The notes under the pieces were generated by a model. That model worked only from the letters and a program-made list of their open reading frames with translations, ran no database searches and was not told where the DNA came from. Below, piece after piece: positions 12,237 through 25,748 of a stretch of DNA of 64,000 bases. The stretch spans positions 22,010,001 through 22,074,000 of the forward strand of contig NC_045706.1 in NCBI RefSeq assembly GCF_009834535.1. The letters are read 5' to 3'. The position numbers and the translations under genes were made by a program. Numbering within the stretch: the stretch's first letter is position 1; each line of letters begins with the position of its first letter. This stretch comes from Camelus ferus (taxonomy: Eukaryota).

Positions 12237-15134
12237 TTTTTTTTAAAGTATAATCTGCAGAAACTCCAATTTCTCCCCAAAAGACCTAAGGAAGAATGAT
12301 TTTGCTGGTCTCATCAATACCAAGTCAAGAGTTTTCAGCTCAGTTGATGATCAAATTGCTACTAGGTTCTCCTTGGGAAAAAGCTCATGAGGAGGCTGGG
12401 CAGGCCAACAACCACTGGGACATCAAGTGGCATGTAAATGTCTCCGCACTCAGAGGACAGCCCTCAGCAATCAGGACCCATGTCCCCATGTTCATTCACT
12501 TACCTGCTGAACTTGTCCGTAGATGCGCTTGCTGCTTTTAATGGGTAACCAGGAGCAACTCTTCGGGAGAGACCATCAACAAAGCTAAAATCCTCAAGCA
12601 AGGGAACAGCCTCCACAAACAAACAGAACACAAATTCCTCCAAGGTCTGAGCAAGGGAAAAAAGCTCTCCCGAGGAAAATCTCTGCTGAAGGCAAGATGC
12701 TTCTTTTTTTTTTCTGAGTTTGTTTTGACCCTTCTGGTCCCAGCACTGACAGAGATGAAACTGCAGCATCAGACACAATCCCTTCCCCAGTCCCCTCAGT
12801 ACAGCTGTTAGAGGCCAGCATTTTCAAAAAACTTAACTGTAGAAATCCGAGAGGGAAATAAATAAAGAAAACATAAAGACAGTGAAATCGTTGCATGCAC
12901 AAAGCAGAGGTTCCCGACCCTACAATTGCTAAGAATGTTACCAGGAACACGGGCTCAGTTTGGTTACACGTTCTATCCGAAAGTTCCACATTCAGAAAAC
13001 GCCCCTGTTGAATGTTTAAACAGATAACTCATACACACACTCCTTGGCCACCTCTTTTCTAGCTAAATGCCTGAAGTTTCCACCCCAGACCAGTGGAGGT
13101 TTGTGGGGGAAATTAGTGGGTATCGGGACAGCTGAAGCTCCCCTGGGCAAACAAGGCAAATCTTGGATTCCATCAAGCATTTAACAGCCAAGACTCAGAT
13201 CGGGTTGGGTAAAGACCTAATCCCCTCTTCTCTGTGTCCCCTGCCCCTATTCCAACCTATTGCATGAAAACTTTGCATTTTAGGGCTGGAAGGGTCCCAT
13301 GGGATCAATGCTGGAGTTCCCCTTTAAAGCCAGTAACCATGAAAAGGACTTAGCACACCTTTTTCTGACTGTAAAGTGGCCCCACAACCCTCCAACGCTA
13401 GCATTTCATACTCAAAGATGAGTGAAAAACAACCAACAGTCAAATGCATTCTCAGCTACATCAGTAGCTACAAGAACAAGAAAGTGCGCCTAGTCCTTTG
13501 AGAAAAAACAGGCAGATCACCCATCAAGTCACACAAGGGACTATTCAGTGGACTCTCACCCAGAGTCCAGCTTTGTGTCACCGCACATACCGCATACTAC
13601 ATGAGGAGTGTCAATCACATACAGGTATAGATGCCCCCTTCCGCCATTTTGTTTTCCCTTCTGATTTTAACGTTATTGCACCAAGAACACTAAATTCCCA
13701 CAGCAGCGTCTCCACGACAAAGTCACATTACAAAGATGAAATTAATTAGGCTGGGAGAGGGGAGGCTGGCTTTTCCTTGAAGTGGAGACATCCCAGCTCC
13801 CAGCTGCCCAAGGAAGCACATGGGAACCACTCTGCCTGTGAGCGCCTGCTCCCATTTCCAGCTGGATTCTATGGTTTGATAATTTCTTGCTATTTATTTC
13901 TCACCCCCAATCCCATCCCTATTCAGTGTTCACGATTTTGCCAGGAAACTTAGAATTTACTTGCCCTTCCTTACTCACCGCATTGCTCAGCAACTACTGA
14001 TATCCTTCAGACTGATTTTCCAATACTCTCCCACCACTGTCCCCTGGCGCAGGACACAAGTTCCTATTGGACCCATCATTTGGATGTGCTCACTCTCTGT
14101 GGCATGATTTATAGAAAGGCAGCCTCAATTACAATTTCTCTTACTCCTTGCATTGACGAAGTGCTGAAGATACAGAATTGCCAAGATGGCTCGGTACACA
14201 GCCTCTGATTCCAACAGCTTTCAGCCGACAGCCCCAGGCACCAAAAAAAAAAAAAAAAAAAAGTTGCAGTGCCAAAAAGAAAGATTCAATCCATCAGTGC
14301 CAAAGACGGGAAGACCAGAAGCTGTTTTCCTAAGTCAGAAAAGTGGCCCAACCACAACTCTCCTCTCTGCAATCAGATTGGGAACTCTGCTTTTCCTTCT
14401 GGCTCAGAGTTTAGTGGCAGCCATTTTTGTGGGCCAAGCAATTTCAGGAACAGCAGCCAGCAGACAGGAATTGGGAGATTAAAAAAATAAACCTGCATAT
14501 GTGCTTCTGCTTCTAGCCCTTGTTTACTCACAGTAATTTAAAAAAAAAAATGAAACCAGTAAATGAAATGAAAACAAACAGACCCATTTATCTACCGGCT
14601 TTGGTTTCACTTTTATTTTGTCGATCTGAAATGGCTGAGAACTCCACAGGAGTGTTTCATCCAGCAGGAGAGTGTGTGGAAGTAGCTTATCCCCAGTTCT
14701 CTTATCAGGAGGGAGCCAGGGATGACAGGGAGAAAGGAAAATTTAACATGTGTCACTTGTTGGTCGAACAAGGAGCATACTAAAAACAAGGTCACTCTTG
14801 GACTACCCTCCCACAGATGTTCCAATCTTTTTTTGTTTGTTTGTTTTTTAATTCTATCTCTTCTGAAGTCTTTTTATTACAGACTTAATGATCTTTGTGA
14901 CATCTCAGAAATAATTGTTTTAAAAGCTCTTATGTCTGGAAAAAGTGCTCAAGGGAATTAACTGTCATTTTTGGCTTATCCAGTCTACTTTCAATCCACT
15001 TAACCAAAGTCATACTTGCAATGGCCTTTCTCCAACCTCCATGTAGGTCCAAAATGGTTTTCTGGGTAAAATATCGAAGAGGTCAGCTCTTGACAATTGG
15101 GATATGTTTTATTGTCTTAATTATTTAAACTAAG

Positions 15135-15640
15135 AATTTTTTTAAACTGATAGGTTTTATTTTCTGGAGCAGTTTGAGGTTTACAGAAACATAGGTGGAA
15201 AGTACAGACAGAAGGCTTCCATGTAGCCTCTCTCCTCCCCAGCATTATTAACATCGTGCATCAGTGTGGCACATCTGTTAGAACTGGTGAGCCAATATAG
15301 GTACATTATTATTAACTACAGTCTTTGGTGTCTACTCTTTGCGTACATTTTGTGAGTTTTAACAAATGTAGAAGGAATGACATGCATCCAGTCTTGTAGT
15401 ACGACACACAATAGTTTCACTGCCCTTAAAAATCCTCTGTGCTCCACCTCTTCATTCTTCCTTCCTCCCAGCCCCTGGCAGCCCTGGATCTTTTCACTAG
15501 CCCCATCATTTTTCCTTTTCTAGAATTTCATATAGTTGGGATCATACATTACTGTAGCTTATACAAATCGGCTTCTTTCACTGAGCAACATGCATTTTAA
15601 GTTTCAGGCATGTCTTTTCATGGAAGAATTGTTTGTTCCT
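15135..15640 (-). mobile_element. Old L1 3' end (L1MB-like)
   Basis: gagcagtttgaggtttacagaaa...attattattaacta...tagtttcactgccct...gaatttcatatagttggg. Confidence 0.8.
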
Positions 15641-17214
15641 TTGTTTCCTGGAACTAGTAGTTTGTAAACACAGAGCTGGGACTAGTGGCTTGTAAAATGT
15701 AAAATGTCTCCCAAGTTTCTCTTCTCTTAACATTAATCTCTGAAGCCCATCAGGGACACCATGAAAAACAAATCAAACAGAAGCCTGGTGCTTCCTAAAG
15801 CCATGAAGGGCAAATCCACAAAGACATGTTTTATATTATCCAGTGTATGTTTATAGATATGTTAAGTGAGTCAACCAAAATTATCCCATCTCAGGGAACA
15901 TTATGACAATTACTAGTTATTAGAATTATTCATTATTAAAATGAGAAGGTGTCAGAGTTCAGGTGGGAAAATCAAAGAGTGCTTGTAAAACAGCACAAAG
16001 AGATATTCATTCAGTTGGTTGTTTGATTCTATTGTAATGTAATAGATGCTGGCACCAGCCAATGGGTGTTACCTGAGGATCTAGCTATGACAAGGCTTTG
16101 TGGATCGCACTTTGGGCAAGTGGATGTCTAACACACACACCCTGCACACTAGCAGTATATGATCTCCTGGGGGAGTGTGTTTCTTGCAATGATTACTACA
16201 ATGTTAGATGTTCTGTGCTGGGGCAACAGAGGCACAGAGGATGAGTGTCCTGGGAGCTCAAACAAGAGGGACTTTCTGATTGGCTGATACATGAGCTGGT
16301 AGCCTTTCAGGAGCAGGAAGTCATCCATAAGCAATGGTACAGCGACAGGACAGCATGAGGATGAGGGTAATGGTGAACAGGTGCCCCTCCCCCTTTTTGG
16401 GTGCAGGAGTCTCAACTTTGTGATTTAAATCCAGCTTTTGTTACTTTGTTCATGGGTCTTTTTCAGAAAAGAGGGGATTTGCTTTGGTTTATTGATTTAT
16501 GTATTTGCTAAAATAGCTTTTGAATAAGTTTGAATATCTTCAGGCAGGGCATATCCACGCTGATTTACTACAGTCCCAAACTATCATTTCTATGATCTGC
16601 CCAAACTTAATGTCCATCTGAGATAAATCTGGGGTACAGGGTCTGAAGAATCAGAGGGTGATGCATCTATGAAACCAATGGAGTAAAAGTTGAATAATAT
16701 GTGGACAAACTTGTACTTCACCCTGACATCAAGGGAGAGTCATTAAAGATTTGGCAACTACATTTGGAATAAATTATCTTCTATGGTCAATATTTATGAG
16801 GCCCTTGCCTGAAAAGAGTCTCATTCCATAAAGAATAAACCCCCGTATCCTGGATATCCAGTGACAGGTGAGTATGGGCAACCTCGTGGAGAACAGATCC
16901 AAGAAGCTTCCTGATGCAATAAGACCATGGATACGAGGTATTTTCAACAAAGCACTGGATTTTCCAAGAGAGCAATTTTGGGCTCTGGTTTAGTCACTTG
17001 GGTTAAGTGATGTATTAGAGCTCTAAGGCCTTAACATTCAAATGTAAGTTGTTGGTGCTTCTGCAAAATTCAGGGCAGAGAAAGAAAGAGAAAGGAATGC
17101 ATTTCTATGGTAACCAGTGCCCTTCCGATACTGAACAGCAAGATCATCTGCCACTTTAGTCAGAAAAAAATGGGCCCCTGCATCAAGTTAATCTTTAATT
17201 TAGAAATAATCACA

Positions 17215-17740
17215 TTCTTTCATTTATTCTCTCCTTCATCCATTCAACAAATGCCTGTTGATGGTCTTCTGCACACTGGGTATTGTTCTGTGTGCTGGAA
17301 GAGTAACAGATGATAGGACAGATAAATTCGAACATAGTTCTTAGATACAATACAGGAGTGGGCATCACTGAGCAGGGGGGGATGAGTGCTCAATTCAGGA
17401 TGTGGTACATAGAACACCCCTGAAAAATAACTACCCTCAGTATTAGGTAAAAGGAGGAAGGAATGTCAAGCCTCAGAAGGAGTGTGATCATTTTTTGTTG
17501 GATGACTAAAGGAACATTTGGAAAAGTGGGATCATGGAAGTGTGTTGGCATATGGATTGGAGAGGTAAGACAAAGAAGGGAAAGAGGCAGAAGAACAAAT
17601 GCTTATAGAGATGAACACAACCCGAATGTGTCCAGAATATGATGTATATGAAGAGAAGCAGAAATGGTAGGTGCAGTCTAGAATGAAAGACACAAAGACT
17701 AACTCAAAGTATGAGCAACGGAGACCAACTGATTATTCTG
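17215..17740 (-). mobile_element. L2 3' region
   Basis: cattcaacaaatgcctgttg... followed by degenerate reverse L2 body. Confidence 0.6.
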
Positions 17741-18474
17741 CGTGGGAATGACATACAATGTCCTATAGAACACCACAGACTGACTTCCTGACACTCAGCA
17801 GTTACCTTACTCTCTCTTCAGTTTTATCATCTGTAAAATGAGAATAGGGTAGAGATGACTTCCGAAGGATGATCAAATATGTCACTCTGTAGGAATTTTA
17901 ACTTGGTTTCAGAACATGGGAAGCCTAGAAGGCAGAAACACAGAGGGACATCTGAAGAATTAGGAAGCCACGTAGGTGCTGTAAAATAAAGATAAAAATT
18001 GATGTGACAAAAATAGAACAGTGGGAATGGAAAGGAAGAAAAGAAAACAAGACCGCAAGATATAATGATTTCAGCATGGGTGACGGGAGAGGGGGAGTCC
18101 CAAGCTGAAGTCACAGGAAGAATGGATGGGTCATTAGTAGAACTAGTGAAGACAAGACAAATTAGGTTTGAGTTTGGCATGAACATACGTTTAAGAGAAA
18201 GAGAGAGAAGAGAGAAGAGAGAGAAACTGAGTTGAGAGTATGGAACTATGATTAGTCAAGGAGAATCTGGATAAACAGCTATGGTTTCTTCTAGATTCTA
18301 CCAAGGGAAGCAATTCAATTCAACTGTGTAGAGACGGTATTGGATCATAACTGCATATTCTCTTTTAAAATTAGAAGAGATAAGAAAGGAAAATACAGCC
18401 TCACATGTAATAACCTTAAAATGCAGTTGAGAAAAATGCCAAATCCATGTTTCTACATAAAGCAAGATAAGATC

Positions 18475-19012
18475 TGTGTCTGTTGCCTTCCTACTCTGTG
18501 CTCATTTTCCGGTAACCCTGAACTTCCCCAGGACCACTTGTCCTCCAGCTAGTTGCTAAGATTTGGGTGGGACTATTCCTCACTCTCACCTGGGTAGGGT
18601 TGGCACGTGAGCTGAGCCTAAGCCAACCGCAGTGGCCCTGGTGATCAGTCTAGGGGTGGGCATGTAGCACTCAAGGAGCAACTGGAGCCAATCCCAAGAC
18701 TCTGCTAAAGGAGCCCTCTTTCCACTAGGGTTATGAGAGACTAGGACAAAAGCCTGGAGTTGCTAGCAGCCATCTTGCTACACTGAGCGTAGTTTCCTGA
18801 GAACAAAGATGAAGTCAGAAATAAAGCAGAGCTCAAAGATGCAGGGAAAGAGAGCATGGCTGGCATGGGCGGAGCTCTCTGACTCAATCACGCTTGAAGC
18901 CGGGTCTTCCCTTGAACATCACAGCTACTTAACCCATCAATTCCCCTTTGCTTATACCAGTTCGAGATGGGATTTTCATCACCTCCAACTGAAATATTCC
19001 TTACTATGTACA
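18475..19012 (+). mobile_element. MaLR solo LTR, MLT1K-like
   Basis: gagttgctagcagccatcttgc...aagcagagctcaaagatg...caattcccctttgcttataccagtt...tatgtaca. Confidence 0.75.
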
Positions 19013-19639
19013 ACCTCTAACCACGGGAAACACTGCATCACACAGAAACTAAGTCTGCAGAGAGGCATGTGTTCTCTAGGTTACGGTAGCAGTGAATACT
19101 TCACACAAAAGGCCAGTTCTTGGAGGTTGTTGGTTCACTGTGCTTTGGCTAATGACATTTTTATAGGGCACTGCAGGGAATATAATAAATGACCTCAGTG
19201 CAGCTCCTGCTAATCAGGGACATCATGATTTCATGTAGGAAACAGCTGCATGCCAAACTCGACAATGGCGAGAACAAAGCTTAAGGAGATGAAAAGGGGA
19301 ACCTCACAGAGAAGGATTCATCCTGGTGAGACAACTGAAATTAAGGAGAGCTGTGGGTTTTTTTTAAATGCAGCATTTATTGAGCAACATTCTATGTGCT
19401 AGAACTTCTCACATGTACTAAGTAGTTCTATTCTCAAAAGCAACAGTAATAATAATAATAAAAGCCACAAAGCCCATGGCTGCTTCCTCCATTTCTTTCT
19501 GCGAAACTAGGCAATCTACAAGTCCATGCTTTAACCATTAAACTATACCACCTAGCAATCTCTTGTTGCCCGGCTGATCCAACCAGACTTTCTGGTTAAT
19601 TGATACTCTTCCCTACCTCTGCATCTGCAAAAACTCTTT

Positions 19640-20303
19640 TTTGGGGGGGGGGGTGATTACAAAAGCCTTTTTATTAAGCCATTTTTAAACAAAACCAAAA
19701 AAAGTTTACAAACGAAAAAAAGACGCAGAAAAAGAATAACTTGCTTCATCTGTCCCCAAAAGAGAAAAACTAAAGGGGACAATGCCAACATGCTCAACAA
19801 TAAAGGGTTCTTTTTCTTGTTCTTTAACGCAAAATACAAGCAAAGGACACACATACTTAAAACAGAGCCAAGGAACAGACATGCAGTCTTGGAAACTCTT
19901 CAATAAAAGAAAACAGGAGTTTGTTTTTTCTTTGTCTATGCAGATACATACTGAGACTGGGATACATTCTGAGCAGGAAGAGTAAAAGAGAAGAACCTGC
20001 TTAAATGTATTTAATTGTCCATGGACTGAGACCCAGGCATCCCTTAATACTGCAATGGTGCTGGATATATGTGATCAGACACCAGAGGGTTGGGCATCCT
20101 TGCTATACCTTAACAGTACTGAAATCTGCAGCACGGTACTAAGGAAATTAAAGTTTGAATATAACCACTTTATTTAAAATTTTTTTTTAATTTAAATGAA
20201 ATGGGGTTGAAGTGAAGATGATTTTGCTGACCATGTTCGTGAATGGTAGATCAACATGCATTGGTAGACTTGTGTGATGGTCTTTTGTGATACTTAATTT
20301 TTT
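19640..20303 (-). pseudogene. Probable 5'-truncated processed pseudogene made only of an mRNA 3'UTR end; parent gene not identified
   Basis: Minus strand: U-rich 3'UTR-like text, AATAAA (19675-19670), CA about 16 nt later, then C11 and A6. Degenerate 12-bp TSD caaaaactcttt (19628-19639) and cacagactcttt (20304-20315), 10/12 identical. No TE motif recognised. Confidence 0.55.
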
Positions 20304-21214
20304 CACAGACTCTTTATTTGCCTGAAACCAGTTGGAAGTGGGGAACTACCTTCCTATTGTTTGAATACCTCTAGGAGCCCTGTGAATCAGTTAAAGAGGA
20401 CTGCCCACTCAAGGTAGGGCCTTTCTGCCATTGCTACCATGACCGCCACCAGGACTCCCCAACCCTGCCCCAGGCTACACACACCCCAACAGTACAACCA
20501 TTTCATTCAGAGACCAGCAGAAGTAGCAGATGGCTAACTCAAAAAAAAAAAAAAAAAAAATCCCCTTCAACAACAGATAACCTTGATAATTACCCAGAAG
20601 TGGCAGAAAAAAAAAATACTATTAACACAAGAGAACAAGCAAAACTTAATCTTTAAATGAGACGGAATGGAGTTTCTAGTACTGCGTCAAAGTCATTGTT
20701 AAAAACGCTGTCCTCCAAATGAGAACACTGCTTTCCTGATTCCAAGAGTCAGATCAGTTCAAACACATCTCTCCCTGGAGGCAGTTTTCAAGATTAATAA
20801 TGGTGTACGTGTTGTTTTAGGAAATTTTTTTTCCCCTGCAACTCAGAATAATATTTATTTTGTGAGCCTTGAGCAGGCCAGCTATCCATTTCCAACAGAC
20901 ATGCTGAGTGGGGAGAAAAAGCAACTTTTGCCAGGGATGGCAAGAAATTGGAGTGGTAGACTGGTGTACCACTGATTGCAGTCAGGGTCCACCTTCCAGA
21001 CAACATGATAGAGCCCTCAGCAGCTTTTACCTTTTATGATAATAATTTATATTATTGTGAGGGAGCACAAAAAAATGATCACTATTTGCAGAAATAGTTA
21101 CAGTAATAAGTGACAGCTTTTTTTTGTTATTCAGCAGTTAGACTACAGATACGGTACTAAGTTTATTTAGCTTTACCATTTCTGCAGTGCTGTTTCAGCT
21201 TTTTAAAAAATCCT

Positions 21215-22628
21215 GTAATATGTTCTTCTTATAAAATTTGCATGTAATATTTATAATATGGAAGCTATGACATAAATGTAAGTTATGAGGCATAATAAAG
21301 CCAATGCCTGTGATCTTACTACCAAATAAGAAGTAGAACCTCACCTATTCCATTGAAACTATTGTGTGTTCCCCCTGAAACCCAAAGGTATGCACTCACC
21401 AGAACTGGAGTTTTATCGTCCCTTTGATTTTAAAAATAATTCTACCCCATAAGAATATAACACTAAACACAATATTGCTAGGCAGTGTTTCTTTCTGAAA
21501 CTTAAAAATGGAATCAGACTGTATAAAGCCTACTTTGATGGGATTTTTTTCCACCCAGGATATTTTTTCAAGATCTATCCATATCATTCAATGTAGTTTT
21601 AGTTTGCTAATTTTCGTGGCTGAATAATATTCCACGGTGTCAGTATAACATAATCCATTCATCCACTTGCCTATCAATGGATATTTTAGTTACTTCCAGC
21701 TTTTTTGCCATAATAAGAAATTGTGGATGAATGTTCATGCATGTGCATCCAGACAAGCATTTCCCCAGGGTTTACACCAAGAATCAATTGTTCAGTTGTA
21801 GGATTTGCACTTAGTTGGTATCAAAGGTACTGCCAGCCCATTTTCCAAAGTGGTTGCTCAAATTTAAACTGCTACCCAGGATGTGCTAGGATTGCCATTG
21901 AACCTCAACCTCCCTCATACTTGAAATGATGAAGTGTCTTAATTTTGCTAGTCTGTTGGGTATTAAATGCTATCATACTGTCATCTTAATTAGCATTGCA
22001 CCAATTACTAATAAGGCTAAGCATTTCTGTTCATGTTTATTTTCCATTAGTGTATCCTCTTAAATGTTATGCCTTTTCATTTATTTTGGCAACAGTTTTG
22101 TTAATCTGCCTATGGTTCACTTATAAATTTGTAATATTTCTTTATATGAAATAGATCCTTATCCTTTGATTAGAGATATGTTTTGCAAATATCTTCTCCA
22201 AGTCTGCGGCTTATATTTTCACACACCATTTTTGGTATGTTTTAATGAAAAACTATTCCTCATTATTATGAACTTTAATTAATATAACTTGAATATATTC
22301 GTTTTATGGTTAGCATTTTTGGGGGTCTTAATTAAGAAATCATTTCTTATCATAAAGTGTAAAATACAGCTTCCAGAATTTTCTTTTTGAAGGTTATTAT
22401 TTTCATTCACATTTAATTCTTACATTCATCTGGAATTTTACTTTTATATATGTTAATTCAGGCCCAAATGTATCTCCTTCCTATGCATAAACAATTGTCT
22501 CCACATAGTCATTACACAGTCCATCCCATGCCAACTGTTCTGTTGTGCTAACTTGGGCGTGACTGAGCTGCCATATATTTGTATGCATCTTTTCTCAGCT
22601 CTCAATTCTGTACTCACTTGTCAATTGG

Positions 22629-22662
<34 letters not shown>

Positions 22663-23600
22663 AAATTGAACAGAGGTACCTGAATAAAACTATAACTTTT
22701 GACATCTGTTAAGTTCTCCACTCCAGCCCAACTTCACATACTTTATTCCCCCTCGAGGTGAAGTTGGCTTATTCTCAGGTAGTTGCTATATTTTATGTAT
22801 TAGAAAATCTGCTTGGTAAGTTCCTACAAGCATATGCTTTTTTAAATTGAATTCTATTGAAACAGAGCAACTTGTAGAGAACTGACATTTGTCTGCTATT
22901 GAGGCTTCTAGTAAGTATGCAAGGTGTATGTTTCCATGTAGTTTGGTTTCCATTAATGTATTTTTTTTTAAGTTTTACAGTTTTCTCCATAAAGGTCTCA
23001 CACAACTACATTCTTGTTGGAAAGTAAAACAAGATAAACCATGTAGATTATATTTTTAATTATGTTTTCTAACTCATTATTGATGAGGAATAAAAATTCA
23101 TTTGATATTGCTAAGCTCTACTAAGTTTAATAAATCGTCTGTAGTTCCATTTGAGTCTTTGAATCACATAAGGTGACTTTTTTTTTCTTTTTCTTATCTT
23201 TATGATGGTTAAGATTTCCAGTGCAACACTGATTCAGAACCATAGGAGTGGATATCTTTGTCTTACTCTTAATTTTAAAAGAAATGCTTTTAATATTTAA
23301 CAATGTAAAATAATGTTCATTGTGTTATCTCATTGATAATCTTTATCAGGTTAAAGAAGCATTCATCTTCTCACTTACTAAGGGGTTTTTGTTTGTTTTG
23401 TTTCTTGTTTTCATTGTGTGAATCACTGGTGGGTGTTGAATTCTATTCAAGAATTTTTATGAATCAATTGAGATGGTAATGTAGTTTTTCTCCTTAAACC
23501 TTAAATAGAGTGAATTTCAGTTCTAGATTTTACTAACAGTAAACACTCTAACATTCTATAAATAAACCAAACTTTATCTTAATATATTTCTTTTTGCATA
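21215..23600 (-). mobile_element. Old L1 (L1ME-like), 3'UTR and ORF2 remnants
   Basis: AT-rich degenerate reverse L1: ggctgaataatattcc, ttttccaaagtggttg, tttgcaaatatcttctcc, ctttatcaggttaaaga. Confidence 0.75.
22631..22660. repeat. (GT)15 microsatellite
   Basis: Read directly from the sequence. Confidence 0.98.
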
Positions 23601-23639
23601 CACTGCTGGATGCAGTTTATCCCGCTGCATCTTCACATT

Positions 23640-23770
23640 ATGGAGCAGGTGTTTCACAGTCTCTTTACAGAGTGCCACTTGGTAGTGATGTGACCAAGGG
23701 TAAAAGCAGAACTTGACCTCAGGCCTATCTGGCTCCAAATTCCAAGATTTTAACCATCTGCCATAGCTCT
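23640..23770 (-). mobile_element. MIR fragment
   Basis: gatgtgaccaaggg...gaacttgacctcagg...tggctccaaattcc..ttttaaccat. Confidence 0.55.
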
Positions 23771-24559
23771 CTGAATGCTTTGACGTTAACAGCTCATGAG
23801 AACGCCTCAACATACAACACTTTCACAGTGTTCACTAGTCTAGTTTTTGTCTCTTGAGACAGTAAGACCCAACAGGTTAATTTAATTCCACTCGACTGGC
23901 GGGCCTTGCAAGTCAGACTTGTAGATGTGTATGTGATGAAGGGAGGGAAAGATGATTGAACTGCTGGCATTAACATGCTCCAAGACCAGAGGGAAAGGAT
24001 GTAAATGAAGACTAAAATGTTCACTAGGTCTATCAGACGGAATGACTAGACGGTTACCAGGTTACTGTCTTAATGAGATGGGAGGACCTCCTCATCCCCT
24101 TTCCATCTAGATTTATGAATATATCAAATCCATTTCCCCAAGCCCACCTCCACATAATCTCACACTTCCTCGTCAGAACATTTACCATTGTCAATCATTC
24201 AGTACTTCACTTCCGATTGAACGAATATTCACTGGAGAAAATTGGCAAGCTCTCACCAAACCATCCAAAGTCCAAAAGTCCATTCAGATTTCCTCTTAAG
24301 CATGGTTTTCCTTCACTTTGAACATGTGTGTTTTCTCAGACTACTCCAGTTTCTCCATATCCTTTTCTCAATTCAGTCACTATAACCAAACACCACAGAG
24401 AACTCTGAACTGGGGAGAACCTGGGTCTAGGGAGGCAAAAGGCTTGGGAAACTCAAGAATGGGTGTCATGAGGCTCCATCCCCTCTGTGCTGTTAAAAGC
24501 CTAACCACATTCAAGAGATCAAGTTCTACACATAATGTCAGGCTGGAGACCCACAGTAC

Positions 24560-25140
24560 TGGCTGGAGCCTCTGCTCTGGAACTTAGCTTCTCTCAAATA
24601 TCACTGTCTTGATGAGACTCCCTTGACCATCCTAAGTTGCAACTCTGCCATCCTGGCTCTCCCTCTTCTTTCTTGTGTTATTCTCCTTGCAGTATTTACG
24701 ACAATAATTAACGACATATGCTATTGTTAGACCAATTCTAATAATAGCCAACCACGGTGGACCCTTGAACAATGCAGATCTGAACTGCCTGCATCCACTT
24801 TTATGCAGATATTTTTCAACAGGAAATAGTACAGGACTATGTGGTCAGTGGTTGGTTGAATCCATGGAGACAGAGGAACCATAGATACAGAGGGCTGACT
24901 ATACATTATACACGGATTAACACCCACATTGTTCAAGGGTCCACTGTATATCAGTGGTTGGCCAACTATATAACTATATAACAATAAATATTATAACATT
25001 TTATTTTTAATTTGATATACATGGCAAGTTTCATGATGGGAGAAATTTTTGTCTTGTTTTTGTTTGTTTGTTTCTTAATGTATCCAGATGCCTAGAGCAG
25101 TGCCATGGACATAGTCAGTGTGCCATGAAAATTGATGGAA
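24560..25140 (+). mobile_element. L2 3' end interrupted by a Tigger MITE
   Basis: cccttgaccatccta... resumes as gcaagtttcatgatggg...gcctagagcagtgcc. Confidence 0.6.
24755..24946. mobile_element. Tigger1-derived MITE
   Basis: 18-bp TIRs cggtggacccttgaacaa and ttgttcaagggtccactg (17/18); TA on the right flank, CA on the left. Confidence 0.9.
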
Positions 25141-25394
25141 AGAAGAAACTGGAATGGAGGGAGGTAAGGAGAGGAAGCCAGCCTCAGTCTCTCACTGCAC
25201 AACCTGGATTGGGACATGTCGATCACTTTTGTTGGTCATCAGAGCAGTGTCCTTACTCCTAAAATTTGGAGACAAAGGACCTCAGCAAAGATATGCATAG
25301 AGTTTCCCAGAGACAGAACCAGCAGGAATGGCCATTTAAAGATATAAGAATTGTGTTAGCCTTAAAACATCATCAAAAGAAAGCAGGAGAAAGG

Positions 25395-25748
25395 AATGCA
25401 CTACTGATATGCATAACAACGTGAAGGACTCTGAGAGTCTGTGTGCTCAGTGGAAGAAGCCAGGCACACAAAAGAAGTACGTATTATATGACCCCATTTG
25501 TGTAACATGCAAACTAATCTACGGTGATAAAAAGCAGAGTAGTGTTGGCCTGAGGTCAGAGGCAGCAGGAGGAATGGATGGCAAAGAGGCACGAGAAATC
25601 TCTGGTGGAGGTGATGGAAATGTTCTGCATCTTGGAAGTGGTTTACAAGAGCTTAGGACTGTCAGACCTCATTGAACTGTGTACTTTAAGTGAATGCGGT
25701 TTCCTGTACATAAATTATTTTTCAATAAAGTTGATCGAGAAAAAAAAT
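25395..25748 (+). mobile_element. Old L1 3' end (L1MB/L1ME-like)
   Basis: gaagaagccaggcaca...gcaaactaatctacggtga...ggtgatggaaatgttctg...caataaagttga plus A-tail. Confidence 0.8.
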
